DNA of 20,338 nt from Verrucomicrobiota bacterium (GTDB taxonomy: Bacteria; Verrucomicrobiota; Verrucomicrobiia; Limisphaerales; CANJSG01). The stretch's first letter is position 1. Each line of letters starts with the position of its first letter. Under the pieces are notes generated by a model. The model made no database searches and was not told where the DNA came from. It saw only the letters and a program-made list of their open reading frames with translations. Positions 7,722 through 14,858 of this stretch are shown here, piece after piece. The DNA lies in the NCBI GenBank assembly GCA_038209745.1, contig JBBQXJ010000084.1, positions 1-20,338 on the forward strand, given 5' to 3'. Made by a program: the position numbers and the translations under genes.

Positions 7722-8561
7722 ATGAAAATGCGCGCGTATTATCCACCTCTCAATACCCGACATCGGACCTCGGGTTTCACCCTGATCGAGCTTCTCGTCG
7801 TCATCGCGATCATCGCGATCTTGGCCGGCATGCTGTTGCCCGCCTTGGCCAAGTCGAAGCAAAAAGCCCAGGGCATCTCGTGCGTCAACAACCTCAAGCA
7901 GCTGATGCTGGGTTGGACCATGTATTCCGCCGACAACGCCGACGGTTTGGTGCCCAGTGCCGGATTGGACAGCCTTGTTGCTGCCGCGAGCCCCACCAAG
8001 AACTACGGAAAACTGAATCAGTGGTGCATGGGCACGATGGACAGCATGCCGGGCGCGACCAACAGCCAGTTGATCAAGGATTCTCTGCTTTTTCCCTACA
8101 TCAACACGGTCGCCATCTACCGTTGTCCCGCTGATCGATCAACCGGTAATGGCGGGGCAGTCTATCCCAAAGGCGGCGCGGGATCGCCCCGAGTGCGCAG
8201 CATGTCGATGAACAACTGGATGAATCCGATCAATGCTTGGGCCGCGAACGACAACAAAGTCTTCAATTTCCGGAAAGCGTCCCACATCGGCCGGCCTGCA
8301 GACACTTGGGTGACACTCGACGAGAATCCGGCTTCCATCAATGACGGCTGGTTCGTCTGCGATCCGAAGAACAACAATTGGGTGGATATCCCGGCGACCT
8401 ACCATAACAACGCCAACGGAATTTCCTTTGCCGATGGCCACGCCGAAATCAAGCGGTGGAAAGACACCGCGGTTACCGGTATCGGAGCTGCAATCGGGGG
8501 AACGCCCAGAGATGGCCGCGTCGATCTGGGCTGGCTCCAGCAGCGTTCGACCTATCGTTGA
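7722..8561 (+). CDS. Prepilin-type N-terminal cleavage/methylation domain protein with H-X9-DG motif (DUF1559-like)
   Basis: [52 protein letters not shown]. Confidence 0.93.
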   Translation: MKMRAYYPPLNTRHRTSGFTLIELLVVIAIIAILAGMLLPALAKSKQKAQGISCVNNLKQLMLGWTMYSADNADGLVPSAGLDSLVAAASPTKNYGKLNQWCMGTMDSMPGATNSQLIKDSLLFPYINTVAIYRCPADRSTGNGGAVYPKGGAGSPRVRSMSMNNWMNPINAWAANDNKVFNFRKASHIGRPADTWVTLDENPASINDGWFVCDPKNNNWVDIPATYHNNANGISFADGHAEIKRWKDTAVTGIGAAIGGTPRDGRVDLGWLQQRSTYR

Positions 8562-8593
8562 GACCGGTCAGGGGCAGCTTCGAAGTCCAAGTT

Positions 8594-8632
8594 AAACCGG
8601 CGGTTCGCCCTGCGAGCCGCCGGTTTTCTTTT
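8594..8632 (+). terminator. Intrinsic terminator, possibly bidirectional
   Basis: AAACCGGCGGTTCGC-cct-GCGAGCCGCCGGTTT (15-bp stem, one G-U) followed by TCTTTT, between convergent genes. Confidence 0.85.
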
Positions 8633-8661
8633 GTCCACGGACGAGGTCGCGGCGGGCCCGT

Positions 8662-9525
8662 TCACCCGAGCCCGAGCAACCGATTGGCCGGCTCGGGATC
8701 CCCCACATTGTCCTCCGCCAACATCGTCAGTTGATCCCCGGTCAGCGGCGAAGCTCGCCCCAAGATCCCCCTGATCACCGCCTCCATCAGTCCCGCCTGG
8801 ATCCGCGCCAACCCCATCGGCACATGGACATGGGCGCGCCGCGTTCCACCGAGAACCTCGCGCAGCAGCTCGTTCATTGTCACCCGTTTCGGCCCGCACA
8901 GGTCCAAGGTGAGGCCGATCGTGGCCGGCACCGCGAGAGCCCGGGAAAAAGCCTTCGCCACCTCTTCCACTTGGATCGGCTGCAAGAGCCGGGTGCCCGC
9001 TCCCATCACGGGGATGACCGGCGACCATCGGGCGATCCGTTGGAACGTCCTTTCAAACCCGCTGCCCGGTCCCAGCACCATGGAGGGTCGGAAGATCGTC
9101 CAGTCCAGTCCGCTGGCCCGCACCCGTTCCTCCGCCGCCCACTTGGACCGATGATACCGGGCGACGGCGTCGGGTCGCGTGCCTAGCGCACTCATCTGGA
9201 GCCAGCGACCGACCCCCGCCGCCTTGGCCGCAGCCAGCAGATCGCGGGTCGATTCGACGTGCGCCTTGGCGAACGTGTTGGTCCGCGTCTCGCTGATGAT
9301 GCCGATCAAATGCACGACCGCGTCCACGCCCCGGACCGCATCGTCCAGAGCCGCCGGGTCGTCGAAATCACCGCGAACGAGCTGGATCCCCGCTCCCGCC
9401 AAGTCCCGGGCGGCCGAACTCGCCGTGTCCCGCACCAACGCGCGGCTGGAATGGCCGTCCAAAGCCATTCGCCGCACGACGTGACCTCCGATGAAACCGG
9501 TGGCTCCCGTGACGAGGACGTTCAT
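8662..9525 (-). CDS. NAD(P)-dependent epimerase/dehydratase, atypical SDR (NDUFA9-like)
   Basis: MNVLVTGATGFIGG Rossmann motif, QMSALG, YHRSK, WTIFRPS, LQPIQVEEVA. True start is ATG 9525; the track's extension overlaps iscX. Confidence 0.9.
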   Translation of the reverse strand: MNVLVTGATGFIGGHVVRRMALDGHSSRALVRDTASSAARDLAGAGIQLVRGDFDDPAALDDAVRGVDAVVHLIGIISETRTNTFAKAHVESTRDLLAAAKAAGVGRWLQMSALGTRPDAVARYHRSKWAAEERVRASGLDWTIFRPSMVLGPGSGFERTFQRIARWSPVIPVMGAGTRLLQPIQVEEVAKAFSRALAVPATIGLTLDLCGPKRVTMNELLREVLGGTRRAHVHVPMGLARIQAGLMEAVIRGILGRASPLTGDQLTMLAEDNVGDPEPANRLLGLG

Positions 9526-9625
9526 TGGCCACCTTTCCCGGATGCTCCGGTTCGGCTCGGCTGTAGGCGGCGTGGGTCCATGAGGAATGGGTAGCGAATC
9601 GGGCGCCGGGTGCAACCGCGCATCC

Positions 9626-9654
9626 TTGACCGGCTCCGAAACCAGCCCTAGTCC
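9626..9654 (+). promoter_or_regulatory. Putative sigma70-type promoter for iscX-ridA
   Basis: TTGACC (9626-9631), 17 nt, TAGTCC (9649-9654), 6 nt, ATG 9661. Confidence 0.5.
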
Positions 9655-9660
9655 TACCGC

Positions 9661-9861
9661 ATGAAACTGACCTGGAAAGACCACGAAGAGATCGCGTGGG
9701 CGCTGTTGGACAAATTCCCCGATCAAGACCCGCTGAAGCTCAGCTTCCCCAAGCTGCACACGATGGTCACCGCGCTGGAGGATTTCGGCGACAAGCCCGA
9801 CGCCTCGAACGAGAAGGTTTTGGAGAACATCCAGATGGCCTGGTATGAGGAGACCAAGTAG
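9661..9861 (+). CDS. iscX: Fe-S cluster assembly protein IscX
   Basis: 66 aa acidic protein: LTWKD.EEIA..L....PD.DP..LSF..L...V..L.DF.D.P..SNEKVLE.IQMAW.EE. Confidence 0.93.
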   Translation: MKLTWKDHEEIAWALLDKFPDQDPLKLSFPKLHTMVTALEDFGDKPDASNEKVLENIQMAWYEETK

Positions 9862-9906
9862 CTCGCCGCCGCGAGGAGCCTTCCCAATCCCAATCGATCC
9901 CTAAAA

Positions 9907-10290
9907 ATGCCCACGAAAACCATCGTCCGCCCCGCCAACGCCGCCCCGCCCATCGGACCCTACAACCACGCCGTCCGGATCGGAGACGTGCTCTACACCT
10001 CCGGCCAGATCCCCATCGATCCTGCGACCGGCGAGCTCGTTCCCGGCGACATCACGGCCCAGACCGAGCGGGTCCTTGAAAATCTGAAGCTGATTCTCGC
10101 CGATCAAGGACTGGGCTTCGCCCACGTGGTCAAGAGCACCGTCTTCATGACCGATCTCGCGCAGTTCGCCGCGATGAACTTGGTCTACGCCACCCGCTTC
10201 GCCGAGAACGCGCCGGCCCGCTCCACCATCCAAGTGGCCGGCCTGCCCAAGGGCGCCAGCGTGGAGATCGAAGTGATCGCCCACTACTGA
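9907..10290 (+). CDS. ridA: RidA (YjgF/YER057c/UK114) family enamine/imine deaminase
   Basis: PIGPYNHAV, TSGQIP, VVKSTVF, MN.VY, PARSTIQVAGLPKGASVEIEVIA with the catalytic Arg present. Confidence 0.93.
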   Translation: MPTKTIVRPANAAPPIGPYNHAVRIGDVLYTSGQIPIDPATGELVPGDITAQTERVLENLKLILADQGLGFAHVVKSTVFMTDLAQFAAMNLVYATRFAENAPARSTIQVAGLPKGASVEIEVIAHY

Positions 10291-10350
10291 GCGGCCCGGA
10301 GAACTGGCCCGCATGGCCAGGCTGTCGCCCGCGAGCAGTGCGCTGACGCC

Positions 10351-10523
10351 GACGGTGGGGCCGTAGCTCACCGGCTCGGAGGCGGATAGGACGTCGCGGG
10401 CGCTCCCAAAGATCTCGCAGTCAGTGATGGCGATGGCCTCGGAGTCGTTGAGCTTGAGCCTGCGGGCGCGGGCGGTGGCGGTGACCGCCCGCATTTTTTC
10501 AGTCCGCGTGGGCTGAGATGCAC
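10351..10523 (-). pseudogene. ureA: Degraded urease gamma subunit fragment
   Basis: GTG 10523 gives (M)HLSPRGLKK; after a frameshift at the A6 run (10499-10494) it reads RAVTATARARRLKLNDSEAIAITDCEIFGSARDVLSASEPVSYGPT. This tracks the UreA consensus MHLSPRE.EKL...ARGLKLN.PEA.A.I..EI.EGARDG.SV.ELMSYG.T. Confidence 0.8.
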
Positions 10524-10689
10524 GGGCTTGGATTGAGGAGCGAGTTCCGGAAGACAGTCCTATGGGTGGCTTCCCGGGTCGGATTCGGAGGGTCGCGAGA
10601 CGGCCGGTGGACGGCGAGAAAATGATGCGACTTTTGTCGGCGAGATGCTATCAACCGCCCGCCGGTCCGGCGACCGGTCGCTACTCATC

Positions 10690-11367
10690 ATGCTTTCACT
10701 TATTCCCGGCTTTTTGGCCGGACTTCTCCATGTGGTGTCCGGGCCGGATCATCTGGCAGCCGTCGCACCGCTGGTGGTGAAGGACCGCCGGGTGGCCTGG
10801 GCGGCGGGGTTGCGCTGGGGGATGGGGCACGCGTCCGGGGTGGCGATCATCGCGGTGGCGGCGCTGCTGCTGCGGAACGTGCTTCCGGTGGAACACATTT
10901 CCTCATGGAGCGAGCGTCTCGTGGGAGTGTTGCTGATCGTGCTGGGCGTTTGGAGCTTCCGCGGCGCGCTGAAGAACCACATGCACACCCACGAACATCT
11001 CCACGACGGCGTCCGCCACATCCATATCCACACCCACACCGCAGGGCACGCTCCGGCCAGGGTTGGTCGCCATCTGCACCGCCATACGGCGTTTGGCATC
11101 GGCACGTTGCACGGATTGGCGGGAGGGTCGCACTTTCTGGCTTTGGTGCCGGCGTTGGCCTTGCCGACGCGCGGCGAAATGCTGGCCTACATTGCGGCCT
11201 ACGGGGTGGGAACGATCTCGGCGATGGCGGGTTTTTCAACCTTCCTCGGCTGGTTGACCCATCGGTTCGACTTGGCCGGAAACCGGGCGTATCGCGGGCT
11301 GATGTTCACCTGTTCGCTCGCGGCCGTCGGGGTGGGTGTTTTTTGGCTGACGGCGGGCGGCGAATAG
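10690..11367 (+). CDS. Nickel/cobalt transporter (UreH/SodT-like NiCoT relative)
   Basis: GLLHVVSGPDHLAAVAP, WGMGH, His-rich loop HMHTHEHLHDGVRHIHIHTH, GTLHGLAGGSH, about 6 hydrophobic segments. Start at ATG 10690. Confidence 0.85.
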   Translation: MLSLIPGFLAGLLHVVSGPDHLAAVAPLVVKDRRVAWAAGLRWGMGHASGVAIIAVAALLLRNVLPVEHISSWSERLVGVLLIVLGVWSFRGALKNHMHTHEHLHDGVRHIHIHTHTAGHAPARVGRHLHRHTAFGIGTLHGLAGGSHFLALVPALALPTRGEMLAYIAAYGVGTISAMAGFSTFLGWLTHRFDLAGNRAYRGLMFTCSLAAVGVGVFWLTAGGE

Positions 11368-11490
11368 TGGGCGGTTCGAGTAGGCGTCGTCATGTGTCCG
11401 ATTGGGCCACCGGCGAGCGGCAACCTTTTTCTCGCCAACCAGCGGACGGTTCCGTCATTTTCGCCCGTCGATCTGCGACGCATTGAAACT

Positions 11491-12813
11491 ATGGATTTGA
11501 AGCTTCCAACGCTCGGTGAAGGGGCGGATTCCGGCACAGTGGTGGCCATCCTCGTCAAAGAGGGCGACACCATTGCCAAAGGCCAGAACGTCCTCGAGCT
11601 CGAGACCGGCAAGGCCGTCTCGCCCATTCCCGCCTCTGCCGGAGGCAAGATCACCAAGATCACCGTCAGCGAAGGCCAGAAGATCTCGGTCGGCGCCGTG
11701 ATCCTCCAGATGGAGGGTGGTGCCGGTGAGGCTGCGGCTCCGGCTGCGAATCCTGCTGCCAAGGCGTCCGCGCCCAAAGCGGCCGGACCGGCCAAGAAGA
11801 GGACCGTCGCCGCCGCGCCCGTGGAAGAGGCGGGCGAAGTGGAGGGTCTCGACGAACCGTTCGACGACGAAACGCCGGTGCCTCCCGCGTCGCAGACGGT
11901 TCGTTGGATGGCCGACACGCTCGACATCGACCTGCGCGCGATTGGCGGTTCCGGCCAGGGCGGGCGCGTGACGACGGATGATTTCAAGGGCTACATTTCC
12001 CGGCTGCGTGGTTTCGCCGCCCGGGCCTTGGCTCCGAAGGCGGAAGCCGTCGCCGCTGCACCGATCAAGAAGACCACGCCGCTGCCGGACTTCGCCCAGT
12101 TCGGTTCGATCCTGAAGAAGCCGATGTCCAGCCTGCGCAAGGTCATCGCGCAGCGCATGGCGGAAAACGCGGCGACCATCCCGCACGTCACCCAGTTCGA
12201 GAGCGTGGACATCACGGATCTGATGGCGTTGCGCAAACGCCATATGGCGGCCTACGAGGCCAAGGGCGGCAAGCTCACGCTGACCTGCTTCGTCATCAAG
12301 GCGCTGACCCAAACGCTGAAGAAGTATCCCATCTTCAATTCGTCCGTGGACGAGGCGAACGAGGAGTTCATCCTCAAGGAATACATCAACATCGGCCTCG
12401 CGGTGGACACCGAGCAGGGCCTGTTCGTCCCCGTCATCAAGGACGCGGACAAGAAGGATCTCCTCACGCTCTCGAAGGAACTGGCCGACCTCGCCGTCCG
12501 CACCCGCGACCGCAAGATCACGGCGGCCGACTTGAGTGGTGGCTCGTTCACCATCTCGAACCAGGGCGCGATCGGCGGCGGCCACTACACCCCGATCATC
12601 AACAAGCCTGAAGTCGCCATCCTCGGCGTGGGCAAGGGCAGCTTCCAGGCGGTCGTCACCGACCCGAAGGCTGGCAAGATCGAATCGCGCCTGATGATGC
12701 CCATCGCGTTGAGCTACGACCACCGCGCCATCGACGGCGGCGACGCCGTGCGCTTCACGCAGGACTTGATGGCGGCCCTCGCGGCGCTGAACGACGACTC
12801 GCTGAAACTTTGA
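11491..12813 (+). CDS. 2-oxoacid dehydrogenase E2 (dihydrolipoamide acyltransferase, probably pyruvate dehydrogenase AceF/PdhC type)
   Basis: One lipoyl domain (ELETGKAV), Ala/Pro linker, peripheral subunit-binding domain (GSGQGGRVT), catalytic FTISN, PIIN.PEVAILG, SYDHRAIDG. Start at ATG 11491. Confidence 0.93.
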   Translation: MDLKLPTLGEGADSGTVVAILVKEGDTIAKGQNVLELETGKAVSPIPASAGGKITKITVSEGQKISVGAVILQMEGGAGEAAAPAANPAAKASAPKAAGPAKKRTVAAAPVEEAGEVEGLDEPFDDETPVPPASQTVRWMADTLDIDLRAIGGSGQGGRVTTDDFKGYISRLRGFAARALAPKAEAVAAAPIKKTTPLPDFAQFGSILKKPMSSLRKVIAQRMAENAATIPHVTQFESVDITDLMALRKRHMAAYEAKGGKLTLTCFVIKALTQTLKKYPIFNSSVDEANEEFILKEYINIGLAVDTEQGLFVPVIKDADKKDLLTLSKELADLAVRTRDRKITAADLSGGSFTISNQGAIGGGHYTPIINKPEVAILGVGKGSFQAVVTDPKAGKIESRLMMPIALSYDHRAIDGGDAVRFTQDLMAALAALNDDSLKL

Positions 12814-12844
12814 ACGGAGTGATGGAGTAACGGAGCACTGGAGT
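12813..12844 (+). repeat. Octamer tandem array (GGAG-N4)x4, left arm of an inverted repeat
   Basis: AACGGAGTGATGGAGTAACGGAGCACTGGAGT, with GGAG at 12816, 12824, 12832 and 12840. Confidence 0.9.
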
Positions 12845-12845
12845 G

Positions 12846-13388
12846 ATGATGGAAGGCAGTTACCGCAACCGAAACCGTGGCTACCAGCAACTGCGAGTCT
12901 GGCAGGACGCGACGGATTTCTATGCGATGAACTCACGGGTCTTCCGATCGTGGCCTTTCGAGCTGAAGAAAGTGGCTTCGCAGGCGATCGCTTCCGCCGA
13001 CTCCGTCCATCGCAATATTGCTGAAGGCTACGCACGTCGTTCTTTGAAGGAATACATTCAGTTCCTCTACATCGCGGCCGGCTCGTTGGCGGAATCCGTT
13101 TCCGGGTTCCATGCCTACGCCAAGGCCGAGCAAATCACGACCGCCCAGTTCGATGAGCTGAACACTCTGGCCTATAAACTTGAAAACGGACTCTTGCGGC
13201 TGATTGAAAGCTTGGAGCGCAAGAAGGCCGACGGCGATTGGGTTGACACGCTGGTCTTGAAGGACAGCAACGAAGCCTATGATCTGACCGAGACAGCCTC
13301 GCCGTCCCCGATCCGATACTCCAAGACTCCTTCTCTCCAGCACTCCGTTTCCCCCCTAGTTTTCCAACATGGACCCGATCAAAACTGA
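12846..13388 (+). CDS. Four-helix-bundle protein (23S rRNA IVP/Avd-like family)
   Basis: YQQLRVWQDA, SQ...SADSVHRNIAEGY.R.S.KEYIQFLYIA.GSL.E signature. Start is ATG 12846 or 12849; the 3' end overlaps lpdA by 20 nt. Confidence 0.9.
   Translation: MMEGSYRNRNRGYQQLRVWQDATDFYAMNSRVFRSWPFELKKVASQAIASADSVHRNIAEGYARRSLKEYIQFLYIAAGSLAESVSGFHAYAKAEQITTAQFDELNTLAYKLENGLLRLIESLERKKADGDWVDTLVLKDSNEAYDLTETASPSPIRYSKTPSLQHSVSPLVFQHGPDQN
13318..13349 (-). repeat. Octamer tandem array, right arm of an inverted repeat
   Basis: ACTCCAAGACTCCTTCTCTCCAGCACTCCGTT, with CTCC at 13319, 13327, 13335 and 13343. Its reverse complement matches the left arm at 25/32 without gaps. Confidence 0.9.
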
Positions 13389-14784
13389 AGTGGTTGTTCT
13401 CGGCGCCGGCCCCGGGGGCTACGCCGCCGCATTCTACGCCGCAGACCTCGGCAAAAAGGTCATCCTCGTCGAGCACGACAAGCTCGGCGGTGTCTGCCTG
13501 AACCGAGGCTGCATCCCTTCCAAGGCGTTGCTGCACGCCACGAAACTCATTGGAGAAGCCAAGCACGCGGCCACGTTCGGCCTCGGCTTCCAGGCACCGA
13601 CCATCGATCTCGACAAGCTCCGCGCCTGGAAGGATTCCGTGGTCGCCAAGAACAGCGGCGGCATCGCGGCTCTGGCGAAGATGCGCGGCGTGACCGTCAT
13701 CATGGGCAAGGGTTATTTCGAGGATTCCTCCACCCTCCGCGTCGAGACCGCCGAAGGCCAGCAGCGCGTTCAGTTCGAGAAGGCGATCGTCGCCATCGGT
13801 TCGCGTCCGGCCCTGCCCAAGGCTTTCGACCTCGGCAATCCCCGCGTGATGACCTCCACCGAGGCGCTGGAAGTGAACGACATTCCCGAGAATCTGCTCG
13901 TCGTGGGCGGAGGCTACATCGGCATGGAACTGGGCACCGTCTACGCGAACCTCGGCTCCAAGGTCACCGTGATCGAGGCGATGGACGGCATGTTGATGGG
14001 GGCGGATCCGGACCTCGTCCGGCCGGTGCAGCAGCTCGCGGCGAAGAACTTCAAGGAGCTCCGCTTCAAGGCCAAGGTCGGCAAGATGGCCACCAAGGGG
14101 AAGCAGATCCAGGTGGTGTCCGAATACAACGGCAAGACCTACGACGAGCTCTACGACCGGGTGCTGGTCTCCGTCGGCCGTGTGCCCAACGGCCAGGACG
14201 TCGGCCTGGAGAACACCAAGGTGGAGCGCGACGAAAAGGGCTTCATCAAGGTGAACGAAAAGATGGAGACGGCCGACGCGAACATCCTCGCCATCGGCGA
14301 TATCGCCGGCGGAATTCTTCTCGCCCACAAAGCCTCGAAAGAGGCGCGCGTGGCGGTCGAAACCCTCATCGGTGAACCGATGTCCAAGAAGGACAGCGCG
14401 ATCCCGGCCGTGGTCTTCACCGATCCCGAGATCGCGTGGGTCGGCCTGACCGAGACCGAAGCCAAGGCCAAGGGCATCGAAGTGAAGGTGGCCAAGTTCC
14501 CCTGGGCCGCTTCAGGACGGGCGCTGACCTACGACCGTCCCGACGGCGTGACCAAGATCATCGCCGAGCCGGGCACCGACCGGTTGCTGGGCGTCGGTAT
14601 CGCGGGCCACGGAGCGGGCGAATTGATCGCCGAGGCCGCGTTGGCCCTCGAAATGGGGGCGAACGTCAAGGACCTCGCCCTGACCGTGCATCCGCACCCC
14701 ACTTTGTCCGAAACGATCATGGAGGCGGCCGAAGTCTACTACGGCCACTCGGCCCACTTCTTCACGAAGAAGCCGGTCCACTGA
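13369..14784 (+). CDS. lpdA: Dihydrolipoyl dehydrogenase (E3)
   Basis: GAGPGGY, redox GGVCLNRGCIPSK, GGGYIG.E, HPHPTLSE. Confidence 0.97.
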   Translation: MDPIKTEVVVLGAGPGGYAAAFYAADLGKKVILVEHDKLGGVCLNRGCIPSKALLHATKLIGEAKHAATFGLGFQAPTIDLDKLRAWKDSVVAKNSGGIAALAKMRGVTVIMGKGYFEDSSTLRVETAEGQQRVQFEKAIVAIGSRPALPKAFDLGNPRVMTSTEALEVNDIPENLLVVGGGYIGMELGTVYANLGSKVTVIEAMDGMLMGADPDLVRPVQQLAAKNFKELRFKAKVGKMATKGKQIQVVSEYNGKTYDELYDRVLVSVGRVPNGQDVGLENTKVERDEKGFIKVNEKMETADANILAIGDIAGGILLAHKASKEARVAVETLIGEPMSKKDSAIPAVVFTDPEIAWVGLTETEAKAKGIEVKVAKFPWAASGRALTYDRPDGVTKIIAEPGTDRLLGVGIAGHGAGELIAEAALALEMGANVKDLALTVHPHPTLSETIMEAAEVYYGHSAHFFTKKPVH

Positions 14785-14858
14785 TTTTCCGGCGACGAAT
14801 TGCGTCGAAGGTCTGAAGCTGCCGCCGCGGCTTTGGACCTTTCGTTTATGAACCACCG

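Noticed and set aside
8662..8700. Possible C-terminal truncation of the epimerase
   Set aside because: It ends at LLGLG, perhaps slightly shorter than homologues, but no continuation is visible in other frames and the core is intact; this cannot be judged without an alignment.
9901..10494. 197-aa minus-strand ORF as a real gene
   Set aside because: Only its first ~48 codons are the ureA relic; most of the rest is antisense to ridA.
12813..13388. Diversity-generating retroelement or 23S rRNA intervening sequence
   Set aside because: The protein is Avd/IVP-like, but there is no reverse transcriptase, no TR/VR pair with adenine-specific mismatches and no rRNA in the window.
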